A stretch of DNA of 63,380 bases, counting the filler, from Octopus bimaculoides (lineage: Eukaryota), in NCBI RefSeq assembly GCF_001194135.2. It is 5 parts of 4 records of this genome, joined end to end, with 100 filler letters (N's around TTAATTAATTAA, not from the genome) between each part and the next. Parts side by side here need not be neighbours in the genome. Positions count along the whole stretch, not along the records: positions 23,293 to 40,141 come from NC_069003.1; positions 40,242 to 46,374 come from NC_068984.1; positions 46,475 to 53,492 come from NC_068987.1; 2 more parts are not named here. One strand, 5' to 3'. Position numbers and translations under genes: made by a program. Numbering within the stretch: the stretch's first letter is position 1; every line of letters begins with the position of its first letter. The notes beneath the pieces are model-generated. The model searched no databases. It was not told where the DNA came from and was given only the letters and a program-made list of their open reading frames with translations. This document shows, piece by piece, positions 37,975-50,139 of this stretch.

Positions 37975-38090
37975 GTGGAGGCGCAATGGCCCAGTGGTTA
38001 TGGCAGCGGACTCGCGGTAGGAGGATCGCGTTTTCGATTCCCAGACCGGGCGTTGCGTGTGTTTATTGAGCAAATCACCTAAAGCTCCAA
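37975..38090 (+). mobile_element. SINE family B, 5' part
   Basis: GTGGAGGCGCAATGGCCCAGTGGTTA..TTCGATTCCCAGACCGGGCG..CACCTAAAGCTCCA. Confidence 0.9.
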
Positions 38091-38400
38091 CAGCAGACAA
38101 ACACGCAGACAAACACACGCACACTCACTCACACAAATTTTCTAGATGCCAGTACAGGTACGTGGCACTAGTCTTTTGAAATTCTTTACCGAGTGTATTT
38201 CTGTATTTTCCCCTTAATTTAACAAAAGTATTCTAGTATTTTCAAAGTATTTTGTTCCGAGCTTTCTTTTGCAAAAGTTAAAAATTACAAAATAACTGTA
38301 GAGCAGTCCTAAACATTATAGAAAATATGTAACAATCAATTACCAAACAAATATGACAATAACCTTCAAAATTCCTTTCTCTTATACATATAAGTTCATA

Positions 38401-38436
<36 letters not shown>

Positions 38437-38473
38437 GCTCTCTTTCTCTTTCCTTCTCCCTCTATGTATATAC

Positions 38474-38525
<52 letters not shown>

Positions 38526-39159
38526 TGTATTATATATATATATATACGTATTCATATACCTATATGTATATGTTTGTGTATGTGGGTGTATGGATGAATA
38601 CGCATGTGTTCTTGATATTTTAGTCTTCCCTGTGCACTTAAAATTTAATTCAATTAAATTAAAAGAAAAATAAATTGCTATCCGCATCTGAAAAATCGAA
38701 ATTCAACTTTTTCTTAAAGCACAGGATTCTGAATGTGAAATCCAACGACAAAGACAATCAGAGATACTTTGAAATGTCAAGCTTTTCAGAGATCGAGGGA
38801 TCGAAATGAAAGAATGCTAGTGTGGGTGGGGAAGTTGCGGAGGAAATGGGAAAGAATGAGGGAAAGAAATGTATATTTTCTCGCTCGAATACCATCATAA
38901 TTTCTCACAGAGGAATCCTAAAATGGATATTGAAACGAGTATTGATTTTCTAAATCAAATACCAAGAATGTAAACACAGGCAGTTCTTCCTTCACAACGT
39001 GCACAGTACAATTCTTGATAAAGAAGGAGAAACTTTAACGGTAAAACCTGAGTTTACCACCACTACCACCACCACCACAACAACAACCACCACCACCACC
39101 GTCGGCGTTGCAATGTCAAACTTAGGTTAATAATTAATATTATGAACAACTATCAAGTA

Positions 39160-39930
39160 ATCGAGCTGCTTCAAGAAAGAAAAGATGTCATAAGAAGCAA
39201 AACTCATTTCAATGGGCAAATTCTAATGCCTTAATATGGAAGAACAATAGAGAAAGTTCTTGTCAATATGTAGGTGCCGATGCCAAGAAAAAGCGAATAT
39301 CTATGTTAGGATTATTTTCATGGTCGATAAAATAGGTTGATCCCTGGAGTCGAAGTTGTGTAAAAAAAAATATCGGCGCTGTAATACCAGTGCAGGAGAT
39401 GTCACCCATAGTATCAGTCCTACCGCAAAATGTCTACGAGATACTACATACACCTGAAGCACGATATAGTTGCAAAGACGTTGCTATTCACGGGAAGGCT
39501 TGTCCTGACATATACATCAAATGCCTGTCAGAAGGAACAAGTATTTGCTCTATCAATGAATACTAGCAGAACACTCCAATAAAATGATAAGTCGGTGCAA
39601 AAATATAGGACCTGATATTGTTCTGTGGGGCAGGCAATAAACGTCTTGCACTGTTAAATGTGTTGGCCGCCCAGTGGATGTGAATATACCATCTAAAGTT
39701 CAGGCGAAAGAGGAGATTTATGGTGAATTAATGCGGAGATTAGAGCTCTTAGACCCTATCATCATTGGTGCATTAGGCTATGTACCGAAAGATTTACAAA
39801 AACAAAAAAAAAATTAGAAATACTTGGTTTCTGGAAAAAAGAGCAAAAAAAGACTGATGCTGAATTCCCAAAATCCAAACTATTAGCGACACAGAAGAAA
39901 TGCAAGACATTCCAAAAAGAGTCTTCCTAT
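39160..39930 (+). mobile_element. RLE LINE (family 2) 3' fragment, heavily decayed
   Basis: CNTSAGDVTH..STRYY..KHDIVAK..PDIVLW..IIGALGYVP..LGF; homologous to 19835-20270 and 45125-45800. Confidence 0.7.
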
Positions 39931-40096
39931 GAAATTCTTTAGACGAGCAGATAAACGCACTTGAGTGTATATGTGTATGCATGCATGTACATATATATAT
40001 GTGTGTATAGATGTATGGATGTATAAGTAAGTATATGTTCGTATATATACATATATTTATATATATATATGTATATATATACATTTATATATATAA

Positions 40097-40141
<45 letters not shown>

Positions 40142-40279
40142 NNNNNNNNNNNNNNNNNNNNNNNNNNNNNNNNNNNNNNNNNNNNTTAATTAATTAANNN
40201 NNNNNNNNNNNNNNNNNNNNNNNNNNNNNNNNNNNNNNNNNACTCGGTTAGGACAGATGTTAGTGTCTTATACATTGTT

Positions 40280-40396
40280 GTTAAGCAGGTTATGGGTCGA
40301 TATATTAAGCAGGTTATGGGTCGATATGTTAAGCAGGTTATGGGTCGATATGTTAAGCAGGTTATGGGTCGATATGTTAAGCAGGTTATGAGTCGA

Positions 40397-40399
<3 letters not shown>
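40280..40399. repeat. 24-bp minisatellite x5
   Basis: GTTAAGCAGGTTATGGGTCGATAT, two single-base variants, runs into (TAT)n. Confidence 0.95.
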
Positions 40400-40445
<46 letters not shown>

Positions 40446-40992
40446 GAGTGACAGAGCAGTGCATGCTATCAAAGTGACACAAGGGAACAAATATACGAAG
40501 CCCAGTATACTCATCATGACTACTCGTCCGATAAGGGGACACCTGTTACATGCATCGCAACCACATGTGCGCCACATGGTGATCTTATATCAAGATAAAC
40601 AGTGCGTGATCTTGCAGGTGAGACCCAGTTAGAATTTTCTTGAGGTTGAGTAGCCCATCCCGCTCAAAAGAACCATGAATAAGCTTTGTTTAAGGATGTT
40701 GAACAAAACACCCATATTTCCAGAGGTAAATTATTCAAACTCCAAAGAATTCTTCTCAACGCATGGCTATGATGTTCCCCAGCTACTTCTGCTCGTGATC
40801 GGAGATGCACATATCGTCAGCCACCAAGGGACATGCTCAACTGGTTAAGGTCAAATAACTGACAAGCAAATCTATGGTATTGAGCAGAATATTTGCTGTA
40901 ACTCATCTTTAATACCAAGACAAAACATGTAGACGAGAACACTTCCAATCAGTTAAGATCAGAAACCACAAGAGCCAGTACTGCACCGGGGC
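40446..40992 (-). mobile_element. Repeat F, near full length
   Basis: Begins after (TTA)n with GAGTGACAGAGCAGTGCATGC; covers both the 14796-15088 and 53158-53492 segments. Confidence 0.85.
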
Positions 40993-41052
40993 TAGCTCAA
41001 CTGGTTAAGGTCAAACAATTGACAAACAAAACTCAACTGGTAAAGGTCATAC

Positions 41053-41404
<352 letters not shown>

Positions 41405-41414
41405 TATTATTATT

Positions 41415-42233
41415 GCCTTTGCACAGCTTCTAACGCTGGAGATGTACTACAGTGTCAGCTGTTAACTACCAGTGAACTAAGGTAACACCTCTTATTTTTC
41501 GCTCTCCTTCCGGAGTATTCGAGCGGTTCCAAGCAGTGCTGCTTTCTGCAAGTGCTCCACCCTTAATGCAGCTCCTATTTGTTTCACGTACTTCTCAAGA
41601 TTTTTACTTACTGTTTCCGGGGCTCCGACAATTATTGGTACTACTACTACCACCTTTTTCATCGACCACAGCTGCTTAACCTCCCAAGCTAACCTGTCAT
41701 ATCTATCGACTTTTCTTTCTTCCTTATCGCATACCTTGTTGTCAGCTGGGCATGTTATATCTATGATCCAGCATAGTTTGCTTCCTTTCTCAATTAAGAC
41801 TATGTCTGGCTTCTTATTCTCTATCTCACGGTCGCACTGAATAATCTCTGTTCCGTGAGTTGAAACAATGCCTTTTCTCTCCAAGGTAACCCCTAATTTG
41901 AGCACCATTTTCATCTACCGGGCTGCTCAGGTAGTAACACTCCATTACCACAGCATTAATTTGCTTGCTCCATCTACACCGTGTGTGGTGGTCTCTTTCT
42001 AGATATCGACAGGCTGGAGCCGGACCAGAATCTCTGAGCCTACCGGATGTAACACTGTCACCATCAATGGCTTCAGTTTCATTACCACCGTTATTCACAA
42101 TATATTGTTTTTTCATTGTCACTCATATGAGTTAGCGATTATCAGGTTGTGCAATAACCAGTGTTTTTATTGTGACACCATCACTAGATGTATCATTAAT
42201 CAGGACATGGGGAGATTCCACCCGCTTCCATTC
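41415..42233 (-). mobile_element. Internally deleted R4/Dong element with both termini
   Basis: 5' UTR after (TAA)n; N-terminal RWSKQINAVVMECYY.S.P..RGY fused to IQCDREIENKKPDIV..CWIIDITCP.D..PIIVGA..LQKAALLGTARILR; 3' UTR and (AAT)n tail. Confidence 0.8.
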
Positions 42234-42284
42234 ATTATTATTATTATTATCATCATCATCATCACTGACATCACTGATATTATT

Positions 42285-42385
42285 GTATTTATCGATAAAG
42301 TAAGTACCAGTTGAACACTGGTGTCGATGTAATCGACTTAGGCCCTTCTTCAAAATTGTTGGCCTTGAATCAAAATCTGAAATTA
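42285..42385 (+). mobile_element. SINE A 3' half
   Basis: ATCGATAAAGTAAGTACCAGTTGAACACTGGTGTCGATGTAATCGACT. Confidence 0.8.
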
Positions 42386-42909
42386 AAGTGCACAGTTGTT
42401 TTACTTATAATTCGTATTTGTCAAGACTTTGTGTGCGAAGTTTAAAAGGCCCTTATATAAAGACATATAGGTGATGTTTTAAATATATAGGAGCTTATAT
42501 ATATATATATGTAAATATATAGAAGCTTATNNNNNNNNNNNNNNNNNNNNNNNNNNNNNNNNNNNNNNNNNNNNNNNNNNNNNNNNNNNNNNNNNNNNNN
42601 NNNNNNNNNNNNNNNNNNNNNNNNNNNNNNNNNNNNNNNNNNNNNNNNNNNNNNNNNNNNNNNNNNNNNNNNNNNNNNNNNNNNNNNNNNNNNNNNNNNN
42701 NNNNNNNNNNNNNNNNNNNNNNNNNNNNNNNNNNNNNNNNNNNNNNNNNNNNNNNNNNNNNNNNNNNNNNNNNNNNNNNNNNNNNNNNNNNNNNNNNNNN
42801 NNNNNNNNNNNNNNNNNNNNNNNNNNNNNNNNNNNNNNNNNNNNNNNNNNNNNNNNNNNNNNNNNNNNNNNNNNNNNNNNNNNNNNNNNNNNNNNNNNNN
42901 NNNNNNNNN

Positions 42910-43042
42910 AATCTCCCCGAGAACAACGTTAAAGGTACACGTGTCTGTTGAGTGCTCAGCCACTTGCACGTTAATTTCACGAGCAGGCTGTTCCGTTGAT
43001 CGGATCAGCTGGAACGCTCGTCGTCGTAACCGACGGAGTGCT
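42910..43042 (+). mobile_element. SINE B 3' half (5' part in gap)
   Basis: AATCTCCCCGAGAAC..CACGAGCAGGCTGTTCCGTTGATCGG..CGTAACCGACGGAGTGC. Confidence 0.9.
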
Positions 43043-43078
<36 letters not shown>

Positions 43079-44826
43079 TATCTGTATATCAAGTCCTCGT
43101 ACATCTAGTTTTCACTTCTATGCGTCATAAATGGTTTATCTTAAATTACTTTTGTATGCCTCAAACGACGCTTGCTTTCGAATCTCACATAAAAACATAA
43201 CGTTAAAATATTTCGACCAACGCAAAATGTCAGTTATTCAATATCGCTGGCAGTAGAATGTAAATATAATGTTTAACTTTTCTTATGAAATTGATCTTTG
43301 TATCCTGATATGTTTTACGCAAAATAAGCAAAATAATAAAAACAACCATAATTAATATTTAATCATATTTATTTGAATTTTTTCCCAGTTATTTATACAT
43401 GACATATCTGAATAAAATTATGCATAAAGATAATTTTTTAATGTATCAAGTCAAAATTAAAGGGGTCTTTTTGTAGCTTCACTGTATAAAGTTTACCACA
43501 TATATTTTTGTAATTTTTTTTTTTAGATTTTCGTGAGATTTTCGAATAAATATGGCGAAAATATTTACCTTATTTCATAAAATACTTTATATTCATCGCC
43601 TTATTATTTCATGAAACACATTTAACATAGTTTTTGTTTTTCATGTCATGTAAAATTGACGGGATATTTAGTTACTTAATTAAGTTATGAAGTGGATATA
43701 AATGAAATATTTATTTCAATAAAAATGTAGATATATTTTTTTAAAGAAAAATGCACTTTTTTCAACTTCACACTTTGAACTTTTTACATATTTATAACTA
43801 GTAATAATGTTTCTTAAAAAATGCAATAAAAATATGTAGATAGATAAGAAATAATTAAAATTCAGTTGAATACTTAAATTGAGGCACCAAGCAAGTTCGG
43901 TATAATCGGTGAATAAAATGCAAATAAGTAACAAGGATGTCCAGCATTCTGCGACAAAAAATAGCAAAGGGAAATAATGTAACTATTTTAGTCTCTTGTA
44001 CTGATGAAAATTTGCTAAAAAAATAATGGTTTATCCTTTATGTTGGAAATCTGTATGGTCGTCTGCGTCCGAGGAGATCAGTTTATTTCAAATTGATGTA
44101 ATGTTTTTATTGATCGATTAAATGTAGCCCCTTGAAACGGCCGTAATGCATTGATACCTGGACTTCCTTGTTATTTATTTGCTTTTTAGATAGGTAGATA
44201 GATAGATAGATAAATAGATCTCCGCATTTCCTTTCCTTTTTTTTACTTGGCTCTCACCAAATAATTTTCGTTACAAATACTAACTTATCACATTTAAAGA
44301 GCCTGTATCCATAACTATTCATATAAATACAATTATATTAAATTTTGCTCCCACATTTTTTCCACTCAACTTTCATTTCGTTCATATTTTACCTTTAATA
44401 GTTCTCTTTCCTTTCACTATAGCTATTAAATACAAACACCGACCATTTCTATTGTCTTTCTTTTGTATTATTCTTTACAGATAATGGAGTCCGCCATTGC
44501 AATTATTTATCCAATACTTGATGCCTCTACCATGTTTTTATATGATTAATATCTCTTCAAATAAAATTTCAAAAAGCCATAATTGAAACTTCAAAGTTAC
44601 TGTCATCTTTTTGTGTTATTCTTATTCTTATTGTCGTCATCATCATTATTATTTGAGAGTCCCGTTCCTGGCGCAACTATGAATTATAGTGAGGCGTTCA
44701 AATCTCCAATGTAAATGAAAGAAAATATTTATCTACAAATGAAATGAGTTATTCCTTTCTTTGAGGTTGTCATACAGTACACTAAATTTAGACGTACACA
44801 CGCGCACACGCAGACACACACACACA

Positions 44827-44970
<144 letters not shown>

Positions 44971-45124
44971 GAACATAACACACATACATACATGAACTCA
45001 TATATACATTCATGCGTATGTGTGAGTGTGTCTCCGTGCGTGCGCGTGTGTGTGCGTGTGTGTATGTACATCTATGCATATATTATACATACATACATGC
45101 ATACATATACTTTGTAACAAGAGA

Positions 45125-45364
45125 AGAAGTACCCAATATCTATTGTCATAAAGCTTCAGCGACCGCACACGGCGGTTGCTGAAAAATGTTCAGCTATAAA
45201 ATGATTATAAAAAATGATCTTGTACAATGGTGTATGAATATAAACTCGGCCACTTGAAGTTGGTATCCGGAGCAGAAAAAAAAAATGTTCTGATTTACCA
45301 TATAAGCCTGATATCCTCCATTCTTGTTGTTATATTATTCTTACATAGATGCGTAGATGCATGC

Positions 45365-45415
<51 letters not shown>

Positions 45416-45965
45416 CATACATACATACATACATACATACATACAGACATACAAACATATATACATACAAACATATATACGATTTGGGATAGAGAAGAGA
45501 AACTGTTCAGAGTTGTGGAACTTAGCTGCCCAACATATGTCAGCATAAAGCTGAAGATCAGTGAAAAAGAGAACATCTATGCTGAACTATTGAGAAATCT
45601 ACAGCTATTGTATCCAGATTACAAGTTCAAGTTTATACCTGTAATTATTGGGGCCTTAGGATATGTAACGCACTGCATAAATACCAATCTTGAGAAATTA
45701 GGCTTCTCAAAACCAGAAAGGAGAAAGCTAATTCAAAGACTACAGATCCTATCCATCACTGGAACTGTAAAAATCTGTAAAACTTTCCAGAAGTTTATCA
45801 TTTAAATATATATGAGCATGTCTAGATATGCAACTATATGCATGGGAATACATACATGAAACATACAAATCTGCACATACATACATACAAACAAAAATAC
45901 CCTGTTGTTGATGTTGAAATTCCAATGAAGGAGCCTTGAATCTAGGTTAGAAACCGGTTCATTCT
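45125..45965 (+). mobile_element. RLE LINE (family 2) 3' end, interrupted by (GATA)/(CATA)n
   Basis: YKPDI | IWDREEKLFRVVELSCP..EKENIYAEL..KFIPVIIGALGYV..LEKLGF..LQILSITGTVKICKTF, then 3' UTR. Confidence 0.85.
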
Positions 45966-45987
45966 CTACGTACATATACATATATAT

Positions 45988-46063
<76 letters not shown>

Positions 46064-47607
46064 CTATATGCATGCATGTGTGTGTGTGTATGTGTGTGAA
46101 TGCATATATGTATGCTTGCATCCATTAAGAGCATTTAAGAAAAGTACCAAGAACCAAATAAAGAGAGTATTGACTAAATTTGGTAATCTAATATGGTTAA
46201 CTATAGACACTGTCTTTGCTCAATAGAGTTAGGGGTCGCTATTGTTAGCTTCAGCCTACTAAATTATACATACATACATACATACATGCATACATGCATA
46301 CATAATGTGTAGGTATATATATACATATATATATGTATATATATGCATACATATACATGTGTGTGTGTATGTATNNNNNNNNNNNNNNNNNNNNNNNNNN
46401 NNNNNNNNNNNNNNNNNNTTAATTAATTAANNNNNNNNNNNNNNNNNNNNNNNNNNNNNNNNNNNNNNNNNNNNTATATGTATGTATGTATGTATATATA
46501 TATATATGATAATTTTAGATTGTAACGAGAATGGTCGAGGACTAACTATTTCTTTAATTGATCGATTATGGCAAAATAAATATTTATAAGATAGCATAAG
46601 ACTACAGCAGGATATATTAGACTTTACAAGACTTTAAAAAACTTTATGAGAGGTGTTAAAAGTGGCGTCCTTCATTTTCAAAACATAAGTTGACTGTTCT
46701 AGACATGTTTTGAAATACATCTTAGAGAGTCAATATGAAAAAAATTCACTGCGGAGAGACTTTTTGAACACCTTATATAATCTTTGTGTGAAATGAGTAT
46801 CATCAACACTGTTAATCTCAGAGACGTGTAAAGGAAATGAAGTTACTAAAGGCAACATTAAAAAGACATACCCCATATTCAAAGGCTGGTTTGAGGGTTG
46901 CTACCAATTTTGTTGTATATATTGCCCTCTAATTCATTAGCGAAGTTGACTGGGTCCTTAGAATATCGGAATACATCTAAGCTTTAAAAGGTTGGCGCTC
47001 AGTAATGTGGCCCATCGAGCTGTACTTCTTATTCACATCATAAGTATATACTCGAGGAATATTTCGTTAATTTGTAGAAGAGAGTTCAAATTGTATCACG
47101 GGTTCAGCTTGGAAATGAGAACTCGATTGAAGTTAGAAGGGGTTAGGTGCCCATTGCTGACGACTGTGTTCTATTAGGATAATTATAGCGTGGGACATTG
47201 GGCAAGTATCCTTTACCATAATCTCTGATCGGTCAGAGCTTTATTTGTAAAATTCAGGAGACGAAGACCGTAGAAGCCCCTAGAAAGGACTGTTTCTGTT
47301 CTTGAGTTATGGTCTTAATCTGTCTCCCTGTTTAGCTCTTATCATCTAAGATCTTTGAGTGCCTTTAGCAGACTGCGTTCTGTTCCAAGCATTCATGTGA
47401 TGCCTCCTATCTGAGGAATATTTTTGCTCTTTTTCTTACCACTTTCGAAGACCTTGAAAGAGTCATAGCTGCTACCCACCCCACTTTGACAATGTCATAA
47501 AAACTGATAAGAAATGAAGACTATGGGTTTTTGATAAGCACGAAGTATTTAGATATAAATAATACTAGATTATTTATATCTAAATACTTTTATCAAGGCG
47601 ACAAACT

Positions 47608-47813
47608 TTTCTATTCTAGGCAGGAGGCCCGAAATTCTGTGGGAGGGTGCTAGTCGATTAGATCGACTCCAGTACGCAACTGGAACTTAATTTATCAACC
47701 CCGAAAGGATGGAAGTTGACCTCGGTGGAATTTGAACTCAGAACGTAACGGCAGACGAAATACTCCTAAGCATTTCGCCCGGCGTGCTAAAGTTTCTGCC
47801 AGCTCACCGCCTT
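47608..47813 (-). mobile_element. SINE A, young, 15-bp TSD
   Basis: TSD TCAAGGCGACAAACT at 47593-47607 and 47814-47828. Confidence 0.95.
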
Positions 47814-47814
47814 T

Positions 47815-48030
47815 CAAGGCGACAAACTGACAGAATTGTTACCGCGTCGAGTAAACATGTCGCTTAGCAACATTTCTCCTGGCTTTTTGAGTTCGAATTC
47901 TACCGAAGTCAACTTTGTCTTTAATTTTTCCGAAGTCGTTGAAACAAGTCCCAGTTGAGAAGTAAGGTCGATATCATCAACTTCCTTCCTAGCTTTAAAC
48001 ATTGTTAACCTTGTACCAAAAATCTAAAAC
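47815..48030 (+). mobile_element. SINE A, old, target of the younger insertion
   Basis: AAGGCGACAAACTGACAGAATTGTTACC..GAGTTCGAATTC..GAAGTCAACTTTG. Confidence 0.7.
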
Positions 48031-48559
48031 CAGTTAAATTCATTTCATAGACAATATAGCTGTAAAAATTGGTATCGTTTATAAAAACCGAAAGAGATTA
48101 TATAAAGGAAGTGAACAGTGAGTTCCAATTGTTTCACTAGTTTAGAAATTCTTGTGTCATCCCAGTGACAAAAATATATAAAAAAGGAATCTTTTGTCAT
48201 AGTTATTAACATGATACTTTATATATGTACATCGTTAAAATTAATTGATGAGATAACATCGTTCAAGTGGTTGATGAAACAACGAAACCCGTCAATTAGC
48301 TTTGTCCAATGTAATGTTTATTAGTCACCAGACTAGCACTCATTTGTTTTTCTTTATTGTTGTATCTTTATTTTCTGAGCCCCTACTCAAAATAAATATA
48401 CAGATTTGTCCTTTAGTCAAAAGCACTTTTGGTTTGGTTGCATTGATAGTGTTCTAAACAACAATTAGTGGGTGGGGGGTCAGTAGTTCGAGAAGTCACT
48501 GGTACTGCGTTGATTCTCACCAAAACACTTCGCGCTAAAATTAAAAAAAAAAAAAGCCC

Positions 48560-48921
48560 AACAAAAGCATTCAGAAAGCTCAAACCTCCGCCAAAGCAAC
48601 GCCAGTATCCACCCAACGATTAGCCAGGGATGGTTTTTAGAATGAGAATATCTGAAATAAACTCGACAACTCTTACAAACGAGAACGCTAAAAATGAACC
48701 TCACCGCTTTCAAAAAGTAAGTAAAAAAATAGGAAAAATAATTTAGAATCCTTGTCCGGTACTGGATCGATCCCGAGATCTAATCAGTTTGTGCCAGTTA
48801 CGAGGCCAAACATCCTTGAAAGTTTCATCCGAATCCATCCAGCGGTTCTTGAGATATCATGTCCACGGACAAAGAAACACGACTGAAAAAACACCTCTGC
48901 CTTAGTGAAGTCGGAGGTAAA
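48560..48921 (+). mobile_element. Helentron-associated non-autonomous element (HINE/DINE-like)
   Basis: 5' AACAAAAGC..ACCTCCGCC (48584); 3' hairpin ACCTCTGCCTT-AGTG-AAGTCGGAGGT (48893-48918) complementary to the 5' motif; A-rich flanks. Confidence 0.65.
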
Positions 48922-49014
48922 AATAACGGAGTTCAAATCCCGCAGGTAGTGGTACGATTATGTTGTTTAGCCAATTCTGTTTGTGCAGCTTTCTGATTAA
49001 GGTCGTCCGTGTGT

Positions 49015-49170
49015 ATCCTGCCTTTACATTCTGAATCAAATGCTACCACGGTCGATTTTACTTTTCATCTTCTCGGGATCAGTAAAATAATTACTAGTTG
49101 GGCGCTGGGGTCGATGTAATCGACTGATCTCCTTTCCTAAAATTTCAGGCCTTATGCCAAAATTTGTAAC
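49015..49170 (+). mobile_element. SINE A, old
   Basis: CTTTACATTCTGAATCAAAT..GGTCGATTTTACTTTTCATC..CTGGGGTCGATGTAATCGACT. Confidence 0.7.
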
Positions 49171-50139
49171 TGTTATGTATTTAGAACCACGTTATCCAAT
49201 TTAATCCTCATTTTTATATGACAGAAGAGAGTGATATGAAAGATTTAGTTGCTATTTCTAGCCGGTCGAAAGACCAGTTAGAGACTCCTTTATTGGTTTG
49301 TACAATTTAATATATGAAACAGTGACAAACTTGTAAAAGTCACTTGTATTTGTGTGTCTCGGTGGCTTTAAGGGTCGTATTTAATACCGACTGCAGTAAA
49401 AGATTCCAGCAGTCGATCAGAATCCTGTTTCAGTTCTCATCGGGTTTATTCCTGATCAGCTTAAAACTGAAAACATTCTCTGCTTCTAAAAATATTCAGA
49501 TTGTAATGCTTTCATTTAATTGGTTTACTTCCAAGACAACAGTAAATTTACTCTCTGTCAAAGAGTATTTGAAGCACTAAGAATATAGGTCAATAGGTTG
49601 TCAGAATAATGAGGCTTTAACTGCGATGACTTTGCAATGACTGCTACTTTATATACCATTCTCAACGAGTCAATAAAGGATATCATCGTGGTCGCTCGAT
49701 CAACTATAAATAGCAGCGAAATTCTTCTCAGATCGTACCCTGTAAATGAATCTGTTATATTCGACTATGAGTGTTCCAAATGTTTAATCAACGGAACAGA
49801 CTACTCATCGAATTAGTAAGTGAATAGCTGAGCATTTCACAAGAGTATGTCAGGCCGACACTTCGTGGAGGTTTGCGCAACTTCCACGCAGTATTAGCTT
49901 GACACGGTCTTGAGTCTTGGTAAAAGACACTTGTACAAAACACTATGTATTTGGATCGAACCCGAGATATCCTGATTGCAAAGCGGGCTTATTAACCACT
50001 CAGCTGTTATTGCGTTCCACATCGTATCCTATTATCTTAAAACAAGAAGGACACAAACGCACACACATAAATACACACGCATACACACACACACACACAC
50101 ATACAAGAAATTACACATTCTTTTATCCTATTATGTATT

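Noticed and set aside
42120-42233. HDV-like ribozyme in the mini-Dong 5' UTR
   Set aside because: No nested double-pseudoknot pairing found by eye; a covariance search would be needed
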